A DNA stretch of 63,937 nucleotides, filler included, from Jimgerdemannia flammicorona (Eukaryota): assembly GCA_003990765.1 (NCBI GenBank). It is 3 parts of 3 records of this genome, joined end to end, with 100 filler letters (N's around TTAATTAATTAA, not from the genome) between each part and the next. Parts side by side here need not be neighbours in the genome. Positions count along the whole stretch, not along the records: positions 21,354 to 42,596 come from RBNJ01001498.1; 2 more parts are not named here. One strand, 5' to 3'. The position numbers and the translations under genes are program-made. The notes under the pieces were generated by a model. The model did not search any database and was not told the origin of the DNA. It was given only the letters and a program-made list of their open reading frames with translations. Position 1 is the stretch's first letter; every line of letters begins with the position of its first letter. Shown here piece by piece: positions 26,356 to 39,380 of the stretch.

Positions 26356-28712
26356 TATTGCGGACGCCCGTTTGTGGTTTGTTCGCAAGTGGATCACTTG
26401 TATTTTATCATTCACTCATGTACATCCATTATGGTAGAATAGTATTTTCATAAGCATATAATAATCATAAATTCATCACCGTTCTCATTTCAACAACAAT
26501 TCTTTGAGTTATCACGAAATCTTTTCGACATTGGAAGTTGCCACATTTCTACTGAGCAGTTTCTCTATATTTACCAAAAACCAGAAAGGAAAAGGAAACA
26601 AAATCCTTACTAATCAATAGTTTGTCCCAAGGAATGACATTGTTCTTTTACAACTTCATAATTTTCTTGCGCAAAACTAGTGGGATGAAAACGTGACTGC
26701 CAGTCCAAATAATGAAATTAACAGCTTCGCTTAGATTGAGATTTGTGCACGTTGCCGAAGGTAAAAGAAAGTTACACCTATTTTCGGCCCCAACCACCGA
26801 ACCTCGTAAGGGGTTTGGAGCTCCGCTATGGTGAATGCATTTGCGGTTTCAGATTTTATCAGCTACCAAAACCGGCGTCATATGCACGGGTTTTGCAGTA
26901 CATTTTACAGGAATAAAAATAAAAATAAAAATAAAAGGAAGGAGGGCGGGGGGGGGGCCGGGGGGAGAGGTCCAATGGTAATGGTTATTTTAAAATAGAA
27001 CCAAGAAATTCTAGTATGTCGAATCAACTTTCGTACCGTTTCCTCATTGTCGCTTATCCCTTGCCGTTAGCCTTATCTAGTCTCATCATTCTCTGGTCAC
27101 AATACGTCGGTGATGCTAGAATCGGACGTTTTTGCCGGAACCAATGTGTAATCGAGATGTGCTGCAGTTGCGATCAAAGTTGGGATTTGGCCAACGGTCT
27201 GAACGAGGGAGGAGGGGTCGTGGCATGCTCATGCTGCTGGGGTTGTCTTTTGAACACTATTTTGACCTCTGCCGGTTATAGAGTTCAGGCCTTGGGCAGG
27301 TGGTGGTGGTTCCGATTAGAAGGGCACTGATTCAAAATAGCAAAAAAGAGAGGAACAGTACCAGAACATCGTGCTCTCTCACTTATACGGCATGGTATAC
27401 ATATGATGATTTGGTCCTAGAATCAGTTCTGGGTAATAATATCGAGAATTCGAGTCGGCCGTCTCCAAGCGCTGAATGGAGGTGTCAACGTGCAGAGCTT
27501 GGCCCGTGTCGCGTGCCGAGTGACTAGAGAGAGAGTGCATATTTCATTGGTTTGCTCTCTCGTTGGGGGATTTTGATGGATGTAATTTTGCTCGATTTAC
27601 GTCATTCGGAATTTCTTTGCCCTTGTTCGTCGCGTTGGAGATCTTTTTTTTTTTGCATCATTTGCATCCTTCGTGCTACCCGGATTATTCGAGCATACGT
27701 CGCCCAGTTCGGCCTTTTTTTTTTTTTTTTTTTTTTTTTTGGTACACAATACGCCTTCAATCGGCATCTGATACCCCCCCACCTGCGGCTACCATGTTAC
27801 GCGTTAGTCGCTTTCCATGGACGAATTATCGGTTTGGTTAAAAGATCCTTGTGTTGCCGTCGCAACCCTTCCATGGGCTTCGATCTTCATCTTGTTGGAT
27901 TTTTCTGTGAGGAAGGATCTTGTCAGGAGCATTATCATGTGTATGTCCGTTGGCAAATTTTGCCCCCTGATTGCACGTTCTCAGTTCCAAAAACTTTTTT
28001 GCTCCGAACTTTGCTGCCTGCATTGAAATAATTGTTTTTGGCGAAATGTCGTGATGTTTGAAAGATACCCTTAACAAGTTTTCGGACATATTGTACCATG
28101 TAGAATGATAAACAGATAGGCCAGTTGCGAACAGTTGGGCGATCATGGGACTTGTTCGACAAAGTTTTTTTTTTTTTTTCTCCTGCAACTGGCAATAGTA
28201 TGCATCATTCGTTTACATCATTCGTTTACATCATGTGGCTGTTTGCGAGATTATCATTGGCAATATAACCCGAACGTTCTGGGTGCAGCTAAACCAACGG
28301 ATATAGCAACTGCAGTTCTCCGAAAAAGGCAGTCCGCATCAAATATTTGGCAGGTAGGGGGGGATTGGTGTGGTACTCCGATCATAATAATAATAGTGGG
28401 ACAAGGTGCGGATGACGCAGTGTGCACTCTCTGTTGACTTTGTGCTCTTCGAGGATGACTGGTTGGGAGGTCCATGTCGTAAGCCAGGTAAACCATCACG
28501 ACACAGAATTCCCATAACCATGAATTTTCAGCTTCATTCTGTTTTTTGATTGACGTGTCGAACTGACCAATTTAAGATATCAAAAATTACAGAGATTTCG
28601 TTTTGCTGTCATTAAAGGCTTGCAAAGATGCCGAAAACTTGTATAGTACAAAATAAAAAGTGATTAAGATTGGTATGTACAGATGTGTAGGTCGATGAGC
28701 TAGCATTTGACA

Positions 28713-29987
28713 TCAGGTTCCGCGTCCCGAGTATCGCTGCACTTCGTGGCGTACTTGGTTGACCATCACAAGCATTCGACGCACGCTTTGCTTGAGTTGT
28801 TCTACCTTCAATACTTCATGGACGTTCATGAGCTCGCTACTCGCAACTTGAAGGAATTGGCTGTCGCTAGCATAAACTATGTGGGCACGTGCAATAATTT
28901 GCTTGTAATGATTGCTGGCAATATTGCCAAAATATTCGTATAGACGTGGAAAGAAAATCATCCTTATACCAGACGCATCCGCCGATGATCGGGGCCGCCG
29001 CTTGACTAGTCCAAAGAGTTTCGTTGTATATGGTCGGTTTTCACGAATAATCTCACTCCAGAGTTGGGTGTCGGCAATTGGGGGGATAAACGAAGGTGCG
29101 GGAACATCATGCCAATCGTCATCAAGCTGTTGCGGCCACTGAATCCTCTTAGCGTGATACGTCTCCTGGTACAAATTGTCTATTAAAATTCGAAACTCAT
29201 TATCTTTGTAGAAAAAATACTGGAGCTCGAGATCGCGAAGATTATTTGCGAGATTTTGGGTGAAAAAGTTCGAGAATCGTTGTGATACGTCGGCAACGAT
29301 CTGATTCTCTTCATCGGTTGTGGTAGTATTTGCCAAAACTATGAAGAGAGATCCGATGTCTGACTTTTTGAACCCAAATTGTTTATAATTCGTGCGATCC
29401 ACAGTCGATATTCGATTGCTTAGCGCCTCAACAGCCGTAGCTGCCGCCATCAGGTTGCCACCAGTACGAGCGGAATGCCATTGTTTCTGCACCCTTTTGA
29501 GTCTGTCGATGACGGCGAAAAACCTGCTTTGCAATCTGAACTTCTCCTGAAAAAGTCGCATGATCGTATCCCACTCGTTTGTCAGATCTTCTCTCGCTTC
29601 GTCCTCCATCAGCTCCAGATCAAGCTCATCGCAACGTCGCCAGCAGCCTTCGTCGTACTCCAGGCAACGGCCTACTAGATCCTCCCAAAAAGCGTCTGGC
29701 TTTTCTGCCAGAGAGGCTACATCAACGCGGCGTCTAAACAGGCCCGAGCGATAGGACTTCACCAGCCGAGAGAGGCGCTTCGATTGTTCCTTGGAAAGAA
29801 TACCTTCTCGCACCGCAAATTTTCGTTGCTGTTTGGAGCAGATGGACTCGAATAGTTCGGAAAGGCTTTGGGCGACGCGCGTTGCAAACTCCAGCGAGGT
29901 GGTGGATGAGCTGGACTGCGTTGGCTCGACGGTTTCTTCGACGTTGGACTGAGTTGGCTCGACGATTTCTTCGACGTTCAGTTCCAT
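28713..29987 (-). CDS. Hypothetical protein, 424 aa, intronless
   Basis: Long uninterrupted ATG-initiated ORF with protein-like helical composition and an N-terminal 11-aa tandem repeat (NVEEIVEPTQS/NVEETVEPTQS). No family recognised. Confidence 0.7.
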   Translation of the reverse strand: MELNVEEIVEPTQSNVEETVEPTQSSSSTTSLEFATRVAQSLSELFESICSKQQRKFAVREGILSKEQSKRLSRLVKSYRSGLFRRRVDVASLAEKPDAFWEDLVGRCLEYDEGCWRRCDELDLELMEDEAREDLTNEWDTIMRLFQEKFRLQSRFFAVIDRLKRVQKQWHSARTGGNLMAAATAVEALSNRISTVDRTNYKQFGFKKSDIGSLFIVLANTTTTDEENQIVADVSQRFSNFFTQNLANNLRDLELQYFFYKDNEFRILIDNLYQETYHAKRIQWPQQLDDDWHDVPAPSFIPPIADTQLWSEIIRENRPYTTKLFGLVKRRPRSSADASGIRMIFFPRLYEYFGNIASNHYKQIIARAHIVYASDSQFLQVASSELMNVHEVLKVEQLKQSVRRMLVMVNQVRHEVQRYSGRGT

Positions 29988-30739
29988 AATGCCGTACCGG
30001 CAATGAAAGTAAAAGAAATGTCTGGCAAATGTGTGCGTTCCCTAGTTGAATGCTTGATGCATTGGGGGGCGTTTTCTTTTTCCTCGTCACTTTATTTTCC
30101 AGGGTAGCCTGGTCCTTTTTTATACTGCCACAAAAACCTTGTTCCATTCCACAAAACACGGACATTTGTAATACCTCAGCCAGAAATGGACGTTCTTGAA
30201 AAGATGACCTTATTTTTGATACGCCTCAAGTTCCCTTCTCCCACGACTGATCTTAAAATGGTTTGCCGTTCCTGAGTGCTGGTGGAACTAAGGGAGACTA
30301 AAACGAAATAGAAAACAGGATGACAAAGATTTTTGGCACCTTGTTCGGTCCAAGCACCCGTGAATTTCTATGTTGCATCCGCTGCTTGCATAAGCGGATC
30401 TGTGGTCATTGCGAAGAGAATGCGTATCTAGTCCAAAGAAAGAAAAATGTACTCTTTACGCGGGTGCGTTATAAAAATAAATGTCGGTTCGACTGGTGTA
30501 CCTTCGATAGAGAATTTCGGGGAAGGTTAGCGCCCCAATCGCAAAATGTCCGAAAGTAGTGATATAGCCCCCGAAACTCTTCGATATATGCAGTAGCACA
30601 TAAAACAAACGATACAGGGGATGGGTGCTTGAAGCGGGTTAAGACGGTTGTACATTGAATCGGTTTATTCATTTTAAGGTTCACCGAATTCTCATAATGG
30701 CATGTTGAGCAATGACCGATCGTCAACTTTTTGCATTAT

Positions 30740-31330
30740 ACGTTGGCTTTAGACAAGACCGACATGAGTATCGACGAGTTCGGGCGGGGTTATGCTGAGC
30801 TTTGGGATCAACATCAGGTGAATCGAAACCGGAGTCTGTTTACGGATAGCCCAAAATTGTATTTGTTCTGTGGCAGGTGCAGCTCGGGATTTGCTTGGCC
30901 AGCTGGTAAATTGAAGCGCATCAACGGTTTGCCCGACGGCACGAAGACCGTGTATGAAAGAAGAAAATATATCGGTGGTCGTGTCAGCTCATGTGAACCT
31001 TGTTTGCAAAGCAAGCCACTGCAGAACACCCAAAATCGACTGTGTTCGTCGGAACGTCCAAAAGTTTCGCGGAAGATTTCGTGATTGTGTCATTTTCTGC
31101 AGGAGGAAACTCATGATCGCACAACAAATCTGCTGCATCTCTTGTCAGCAAGACGACGATCTCAAAGCTTACCACAGCCTCCGCAAAGAATCCCGTCACT
31201 CATGGTCCAGTTACTGGGAATGGCATCTTGTCATACAGACCATTCCTCACGAAAAAAAACCTGGGCAGATCACATCGCAAGGTGCAATATCCGATTCGGG
31301 TAGATCAACCATATTTTTTCTATTAGGTGA
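30740..31330 (+). pseudogene. Highly degraded Tc1/IS630-type transposase relic
   Basis: Fragments in shifting frames: RSLFTDSPKLYLF (cf. VLFSDESKFNLF) and CQQDDDLK..SWSSYWEWH (cf. FQQDNDPKH..LEWP), in the expected order. No TIRs identified. Confidence 0.45.
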
Positions 31331-32627
31331 ACCTGGGTACTGGGTTCCTGTGCAGAAGCGGAGGAGGGCCTGTAACTAAAGCAAGATCAGCGTCGAGCTA
31401 CTCCCACCGAAGATCCTAAAATCCTGAAAGGGAGTACCGTGACCGTGGACCAGGACGTGTTTCTTCTTTTATTTATTTGTTCTTATATTACGTATTCCTA
31501 CGATAGACCGAAAGCGTAACAACATAGTTTTAAAAATCTCTCAACATGTGCAGAGGATTTTTCGAAGGATGCACAATCCGTTCGGTAGCACGAGATCGTT
31601 CTGACGTCAACAACGAATTGGGTGTAAATATCGGAGCTCATGTGTTTCACTTCCATCGACAAAATTTATCTTGAACATGGTATTATTATTACCAACACTA
31701 CGCCCCTGGCGCAAGCGTCCACCCCTCCTCAAATCTCATAATCATGAATCCCAATATGGCTTTACCATGTGTAGCATATAATTAGTCGTTATCTGACGGA
31801 AAGCATCAGGTACGGTAACTTTGTGTTCAGGAGAAAATAAGCTCACGCAATGGTGGCCAGATCGCATTCTTATAAAAATATAGTGCATGAAAAGTGCAGA
31901 CGATAAAACTATGAAGTTTCACATGCAGGGAAAATCAAAATGTTCACCTGTATTGTGCATACATAAATTTAAATTAATTAAATTTTAATTTTATTATTAT
32001 TATTATTGGGGAGGGGGGGAGTCGACGGGGGTATTCGTTTGAAAGGCCTGGCGTTGTTGATGACAAACTCCAATTCTAGAACAGGCTATTCATACCTTGT
32101 GTGATGTTACAGTGCTTCTGAGGAGCACTCCGCACTTCCCTTTTTTTTTTTTTTTTATCTTCATTTTTTGAAGGGAGACTTAAATCATTATTGCTTGCCG
32201 CCATCTTTCCAAATGTCCCTTCGCCATCCTTGAACGGCACGATCATGTTTCACGACTCGGTACTCACGGAAGACCCCTTCCAGTTATTCGGATTCAGCCA
32301 CATCAATCAACAAGGGCTCGGGCTCGATCAACCTACCCCCGTGCATAAAGGACACTACCCATATTTTGGATGCTCGTTGGTAACATGACCTATTCCCGTT
32401 ACAGGTAACGAAGCCTGCGAATCGGGCAGAACCCTGCCACTGCAGGATAAAAGACGAATGTCAGATGTTCAAAAAATAATAATGATAATGATAATAATAG
32501 ATATCCAGTTGCAGTGGTGAGATCGTGGGAACAGTACCATCTGACGTCACATATTATCACATGATTGACCAAACATCAACATATTTTCCCGCGACCGACT
32601 TGCGAGATCAATGTCAATCAAATCGCG

Positions 32628-35276
32628 ATGGATTTCTCGTGCCAACTTACTTTCTTCTTGAATGGTACAAAGGTACTCATCGAAAACCCTGATCCAGAGG
32701 TTACTCTCTTGCAGTACGTGCGGTCGATCGGGCTGACCGGTACAAAATTGGGCTGTGGTCAAGGCGCTTGCGGTACGTGCCAATTCAGGTCTTTGATTTA
32801 GAGATCAATGATTTTTTTCTTTCTTTTTTTCTTTTTTTCTTTTTTTTCTTTTTCTTCATGTATGCATGCTATTTTCTAGGTGCCTGCACTGTTGTTGTGT
32901 CGTCACTCAACGCCGTGACGCAAGAAATCACGTAAGTAGACCTGTTTCTGGAAAATGTAATGTGGTGGACAACAGGAACAATGTGATACCAACAGCTGCT
33001 GATTGAGATTATCGGGAGGTACTCCATATGGTGTTATGATTACTGAGCGGGATCTCCCGCCCATTAACATAAAATATATTCGCTAGCCACTCTTCCGCAA
33101 CGTCATGCCTGCTCCCGATATGCAACCTGGACGGCAAGCACGTGATCACGATTGAGGGCATCGGCAGTGCCGAGAAGCCTCACGCCATCCAAGAACGCAT
33201 CGCCCTCGGCCACGGCTCGCAGTGTGGGTTCTGCACGCCGGGGTTTGTCATGAGCCTATACGGGCTGCTACGGAGCAAGAGGTCCGGAGATGGAGAGGAG
33301 GAGGCGATCAAGGACGAGGAGATCGAGTCGGCTTTCGATGGCAACCTGTGCAGATGTACGGGGTATCGGCCGATCCTGGATGCGGCAAAGACGGTAAATG
33401 GATTACATTTGTGTATGTCTCATCAAAATTGTTTAATACAAATTTTGTCTCACAAACGACGCGGTTGAACTAAAAAAAGGGTTTTTATGCAGTTTGTCTC
33501 TTGTCCCCCTGGTGATCATACTCACAGCTCCGCAAGCTATGATGACAAGGTCACTGTCGGATGCGGCAGGCCGGACTGCTGTCAATTCCAAAAAGGCGCC
33601 ATTGAAACCGGATCAAAATTGCTCTTTCCAGAGGTACGTTGTAAACCGTTTTTGCCTTTTTTTTTTTTTTTTTTTTTTTTTACAAACATTGCTAAAAGTT
33701 TGTACAATCGACATGCATTCACTTATTTCCATTATTATATACAGATCCAATTCAAAAAATATGACCCAACTCAGGAGCTCATCTTCCCTCCATATCTCGC
33801 CAGCCAGAAGTACACACCCCAGCCCCTGCTGTTCGAGTCGCAACAGACGCGCATTAAGTGGTACCGGCCTGTGAACCTGGAACAGGTGTTACATATCAAG
33901 GTATATTATCTAAACGATGTATTTGTTTGTATCCGCATATAAGGTCAAACTGAACAAAAGTGTACCATATCTTCTTTTTGTCATAAGACTACTTTCCCAA
34001 GTGCGCGCATTATTGCCGGTAACACATCCAAAGGAATCGAGACTTTCCAGGAGAACAGGAAGAGTCATCGGTTCACACGCACAGAAGACGAGACTCTATT
34101 GTATGTTGGAGATGTGCCAGAGCTCCGGGTCATTCAATTTGAAGGTCTACATGCGTTTAATAATCTCACCTTAGCATGGTCACAGGGCATATTGTATTAT
34201 CGTTAGTTCACCACTATTGTTGATTTATAGATCATAATGGATTGACCATTGGTGCTGCTATCACAGCCACCGAGTTTCAAGCTGCTTTGACGCGGGCTGT
34301 CAGAGACTACGAGGTACGCGGCTAATAGTTGATTCCTAATAATGACTAATGACCGATCAGATTCAAACCAGCGATTTCTATCAACAATCATTTAGCAGAG
34401 TTCGCAAACGCAGCCTTTTCTGGCTTTCCTTAAAGCCTTGAATCGCTATGCTGGGAACCAGATTCGCAACATAGCCACAGTGGGTGGGACAATTGCGTTG
34501 GCGGCTGATTTTTCGGTACTGACATCTTAAAATTCTATTGGCCCAATACGTTCGCTTTTTTCGATGCTCTCTAAACTTCTCATATCATTTTCAAACCATC
34601 GAAACGTTGAGTAGGACTTGAATCCTCTTTTTATTGCCACCAACGCAACTATCAAAATTCTCTCATCTTCCACCAAAGTCACCCGCCCTATCGCCGCTAG
34701 CAAGTTTTTCCGACCCACGCCCATCACCGACACCGCTACCATCTTCAACCACTCCCGCACGATCCTCCAACCCACGGACATCATCGTTTCCATCCACATC
34801 CCCACCTCGTTCTCGTTGGACCCTCACCACCGCGAGTTTGTTCGCTGGTACAAACAAGCTCAACGTCAGACGGCCTCCCTGGCCATCGTCAACGTCGCAT
34901 TCCGCGTCACGCTTGACACGCAGACCAGACGGGTGGTCGACGCGGCCGTCGCTGTAGGCGGGAGCCGCGTCGCCTCCACCAGCGTGGTCGCTGAGAGGGC
35001 CAGTAACGTATTGAAAGGTGTGACGTGGGGAGATACAAGAGATTTACATAAGGTGATTTTGGCGTTGGGGGAGGATGTCGAGCGGTATGCTGGGGTGGGA
35101 GGCAAGTTCGAGAAATCCGTCGTCCTCGGGTTCTTATTCAGATTCTGGACGGAGCTGAAGGAGGAACTAGGGCTGGTTGAAGATGTGGATGGCGTTGTTT
35201 CGGCTGCGCGTGAGATTGTACGAGCACCTATGAAGGGAACACAGGATGTGCTACAGTACAGGTTTGCTACTTCTGA

Positions 35277-35354
<78 letters not shown>

Positions 35355-36047
35355 CTCTATCATCTGTTATACAATATAATGAGTGATGTTCAAATACAAA
35401 TACAAAAGGCCAAAGAACATTAATTAGAGTTCTTAAATTCACAGTCACGAGAACGAAATCATCGGCAAACCTCTTCCGCATCTTACCGCAATGAACCAAG
35501 CTACGGGGGAGGCTGTTTTCGTTGATGACATGCCCAAAAGTGAACGGGAAAGTTACGCTGAAATGGTCATCTCGCAAAAACCCCATGCTAAGATCTTGAG
35601 GTAGGTTTACACAGTATCTGAAAGAACCATGTGCCAATATGAATTGTATAGCTAACACTAATGTACCATTCTCGAATGCGAAACCCCTACAAAACTACTT
35701 CGCTGTCAGCATCGACCCATCCGCGGCACTGGACATCCCTGGCGTTATTGCTTTCATTTCTTCGGAGGACATTCCCGGTACCAAAGAGCTTGTGGGAATG
35801 GGCAAAAGTGAGCCTTTCTTCGCCGTGGATGAAGTCCATGCAGTAGGTAAGACATTCGCTTCCGCGTTCAGTACATGTTTTCACTTAATTTCAGACTTTG
35901 ACATGTTTTGAACCCTGTGCAATTAGGTCAGTACATCGGTATGGTTATCGCGGATTCGAAAGAGCTCGCCGTGGAAGCAGCGCGGCTGGTTAAAATTGAG
36001 TACGAAGAGTTACCTGCAATCTTAACTCTCAAGGTGAACCGATAGTG

Positions 36048-36084
<37 letters not shown>

Positions 36085-39000
36085 AAAGGCTCGGACGACC
36101 AAAGCTGATGAAAGATTCGGCTAAACACATCACATACATCTGTAATGAATTATAGGATGCCATCTCTAAGAAATCATACCTGACTCCGCCTTTCCAAATA
36201 AACCGCGGTGACGTGGATCAGGGGTTCGCGCAATCTGCCCATATCTTTGAAGGTAAGAATTTATTGGTGTCGATCCTTGCGACTTAATATAATGTCACCG
36301 AGCGGAAATTTACAAAAACCTCTCGGTTGACAATAGGGGAAGTTCATATTGGCGGGCAAGATCATTTCTACCTAGAAACCCACTCTGCTCGCGTCTCGCC
36401 TCGCTTCGAGAGCAACGAGTACGACCTTTACGTGTCGTCACAAAACATCAAAAGTTGCCAGGAGCAGATGGCACGAGCATTGGCTATCCCCTACCACAAG
36501 ATTCGTGCTCATGTGAAGAGAATGGGCGGGGCAAGTATTAGGTCGAAACCGCGTAATAGTGTGTATGGGTTTGTTGCTAGCGAAAAACATCTTAACATGC
36601 GGACCTTTCGCGATGCCTGTAGGCCTTCGGCGGCAAGGAAACGCGAGTATACTCGATGATAGTTGGTTGTGCGGTGGCAAGCAAGAAGGTTAAACGTCCG
36701 GTGAGGTGCATGTACAATCGTGACATGGACATGATCGCAACGGGTGGGCGACATCCGTTTTACGCCAAATGGAAGGTTGGCGTCGCTGCGAACGGCAAAA
36801 TTCTCTCCTTGGATCTGCAGGTACGTATGCTGGCGAATTCTCAACGTCCCGATGGCATGATTAATACAAGAACACGTTCTGCTCTTTGCCATGGTGTTAA
36901 TCTTCGCCCCTTCGAACCACATTAGCTTTACAGCAACGGTGGCTGGTCCCTTGACAGTAGCTACTATGTTATGATCCACGCGGTCATGAATTCGGACAAC
37001 GTGTACAATATCGCCAACTTCAATATAGTAGGCAACGTCTGCCGCACGAACTTGCCCTCTAATACCGCGATGCGGGGATTTGGCTCACCACAGGGTCTGC
37101 TTGTCGTGGAGGCGTTGATGGACGAGATCTCGAGGAAACTCCAGATACCATTGGACAAGCTTCATGTTGGTCCCAATTTCAGAGCAATCCTTTGTTAGTT
37201 TTGCACGACACCATTTTGAAAGTTTGGTAACTCGATCTAATCCCACACAACCTATGCAGGAATTGAACTTCTACCGTGAGGGCCAGCCCACGTTGCACAA
37301 AATCCCGCTCTTAGACTTCCATGCGCCCACCTGTTACGCGCAGGTGAAGCGACAGGCCGAGTACGAACGTCGCCGGCGCGAGGTAGACGAATTCAACAGC
37401 CAGAACAAGTGGCGCAAGCGCGGCCTATCCATCCTGCCCACCAAGCATCCCCTCGGATATGGCGGCATTGTACCATTAAATCAGGCGTCGGCCATCGTAC
37501 ACATGTACATGGATGGGTCGGTGCTCTTGTACCATTGTGGTACGGAGATGGGGTGTGTACGTTTGTTAGATGTTCGTTCGACGTCTATTCGCTCGTATGC
37601 ATTTATCGATTGGTTGCGTGATTTACGTTCTCAGCTCTTTTGTGTTTCGTCGACCCTAGCCAAGGCCTCAATACCAAGGTCGTCCAGGTTGCCAGTGAGA
37701 TCCTGTGCATTCCCACTTCATCCATATTTATCAGCGAGACCACCACTGACGCGACGCCGAATCCGAGCACCACCGGCGGCAGCATGGGATCCGATCTTAA
37801 CGGGGCCGCCGTAAAACTGGCGTGCGAAACCCTGGCGGAAAGATTGAGGCCATACCGGGAGAAGATGCCAGAAGCCCCTATGGACCAGGTATTTTCTGCG
37901 CCAAATGGGTGATTTGCGGGAGTGACTTTAGGATGATATCCTGATCACGCCTTTCGCGACCTAGATTGCGGAGGCAGCTTACAATGACCGGGTCAACTTG
38001 ACGGCCAATGGGTTCTACCAGACTCCATTGGTGGCGGACAATGCAGTATATATGTACTACTCATACGGCGCTGCGGTCACAGAGGTATTTCGATCGCCAT
38101 TTTTTATTTTGTGAAAAACGACCACCATTAAATATTTTTTTCAATGTCCCGTGAAACAGGTTGAGATGGACGTTCTCAGCGGAGACTGGTCCATTCTGCG
38201 AACAGGTTGGTTGTTTGAACCTGTGTTTCTCGTTCCGAGCCACCATATCCACCAAATGAATATTTTTTGATTACTCATCATAATCTTGCCAGATATCGTC
38301 ATGGATATCGGAAAATGTTTGAATCCCGCGTTGGATGTGGGCCAAGTGAGTAACAGTTTTGCCCACTTGGGGTTTCTGAATCAAATTTAACAAATCTCTT
38401 CATATTATCATCGTCCCCTTGATGGAAAACCAACTATTGTACGATCTAGATCGAAGGTGCTTTTATGCAAGGGATGGGTATGTATTTCAATGTATATCAA
38501 GAATTCAGTGATGAAACAATTCCTGGCGATTTCGTATCTCACATATGCTTTATCAGGCATGACTACACTTGAGGAAATCGTCTTCTCCAGCATGACCGGT
38601 GAAATGAAAACCAAAGGGCCCAACACGTATAAGCTGCCCACGGCCAAGTGCGTCGAGTTCTATGTAACCACATTTTCTCTCCTCCCCCACTTCGATCCTC
38701 TTCTCACTTCATCCGTCTTCCTTCAGGGACATCCCGCAGATCTTCAACATCAGCCTCGTCAAGGGCGTGACTTACGAAAACCTGCTCACCATCAACCGTT
38801 CCAAGGGGGTGGGCGAGCCACCGTTGTTCTTGGTGAGTGGAGAGATTTAGTTGTCCTCATTGGCTGCTGGTCGGCGATGTTCTTGTGCTCGGGTGTTGAT
38901 TACCGTTCCTATCCCCCCTCCCTCTGAAAACAGGGTAGCACTGCCTGCTTTGCCCTCAGGGACGCAATCTTGGCAGCCAGGTATGTGAACTGTTGGTGGA

Positions 39001-39189
39001 CTTGGTCCGGTTTCAATGTTTTTTGCAAAAATGAAGTCGTTTCATCATTATCTGCCTGCTGCCCTCTTCCCCGTACACAGAGACACGTTCGGCATCAAGG
39101 AACATCTGCCGTTCAAGACCCCGGTTACCGTCGAGTACATCAAGCTTGCGTGTACTGAGGGTGTGGACCCGACCAAACTTTACGCTTGA
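32628..39189 (+). CDS. Xanthine dehydrogenase / aldehyde oxidase family molybdoflavoprotein (many exons)
   Basis: 2Fe-2S motifs [29 protein letters not shown] and [15 protein letters not shown] domain [13 protein letters not shown]; Moco domain [55 protein letters not shown] and [11 protein letters not shown]. Ends KLYA* at 39189. Confidence 0.95.
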
Positions 39190-39380
39190 AAGATGGATTG
39201 GTTAAAATACGAATTGCAAGATAACGGTATCGCTATCACACATGGCGGCAATAAATTCGTTCCTGAAGTAGTTGATAGTAGTTAATTTATGGGTGGCACA
39301 AGCAGTGGGTGGGGTGATCACATGACGTTAACCCAAACGGCATTGACCAAGCCTCGTTCTGCATCGAACCAAACATTACC

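Noticed and set aside
35279..35352. Long poly-T/poly-A tracts giving poly-F/poly-K ORFs (also 3797-3868, 22316-22367)
   Set aside because: Intronic or intergenic homopolymers, not coding.
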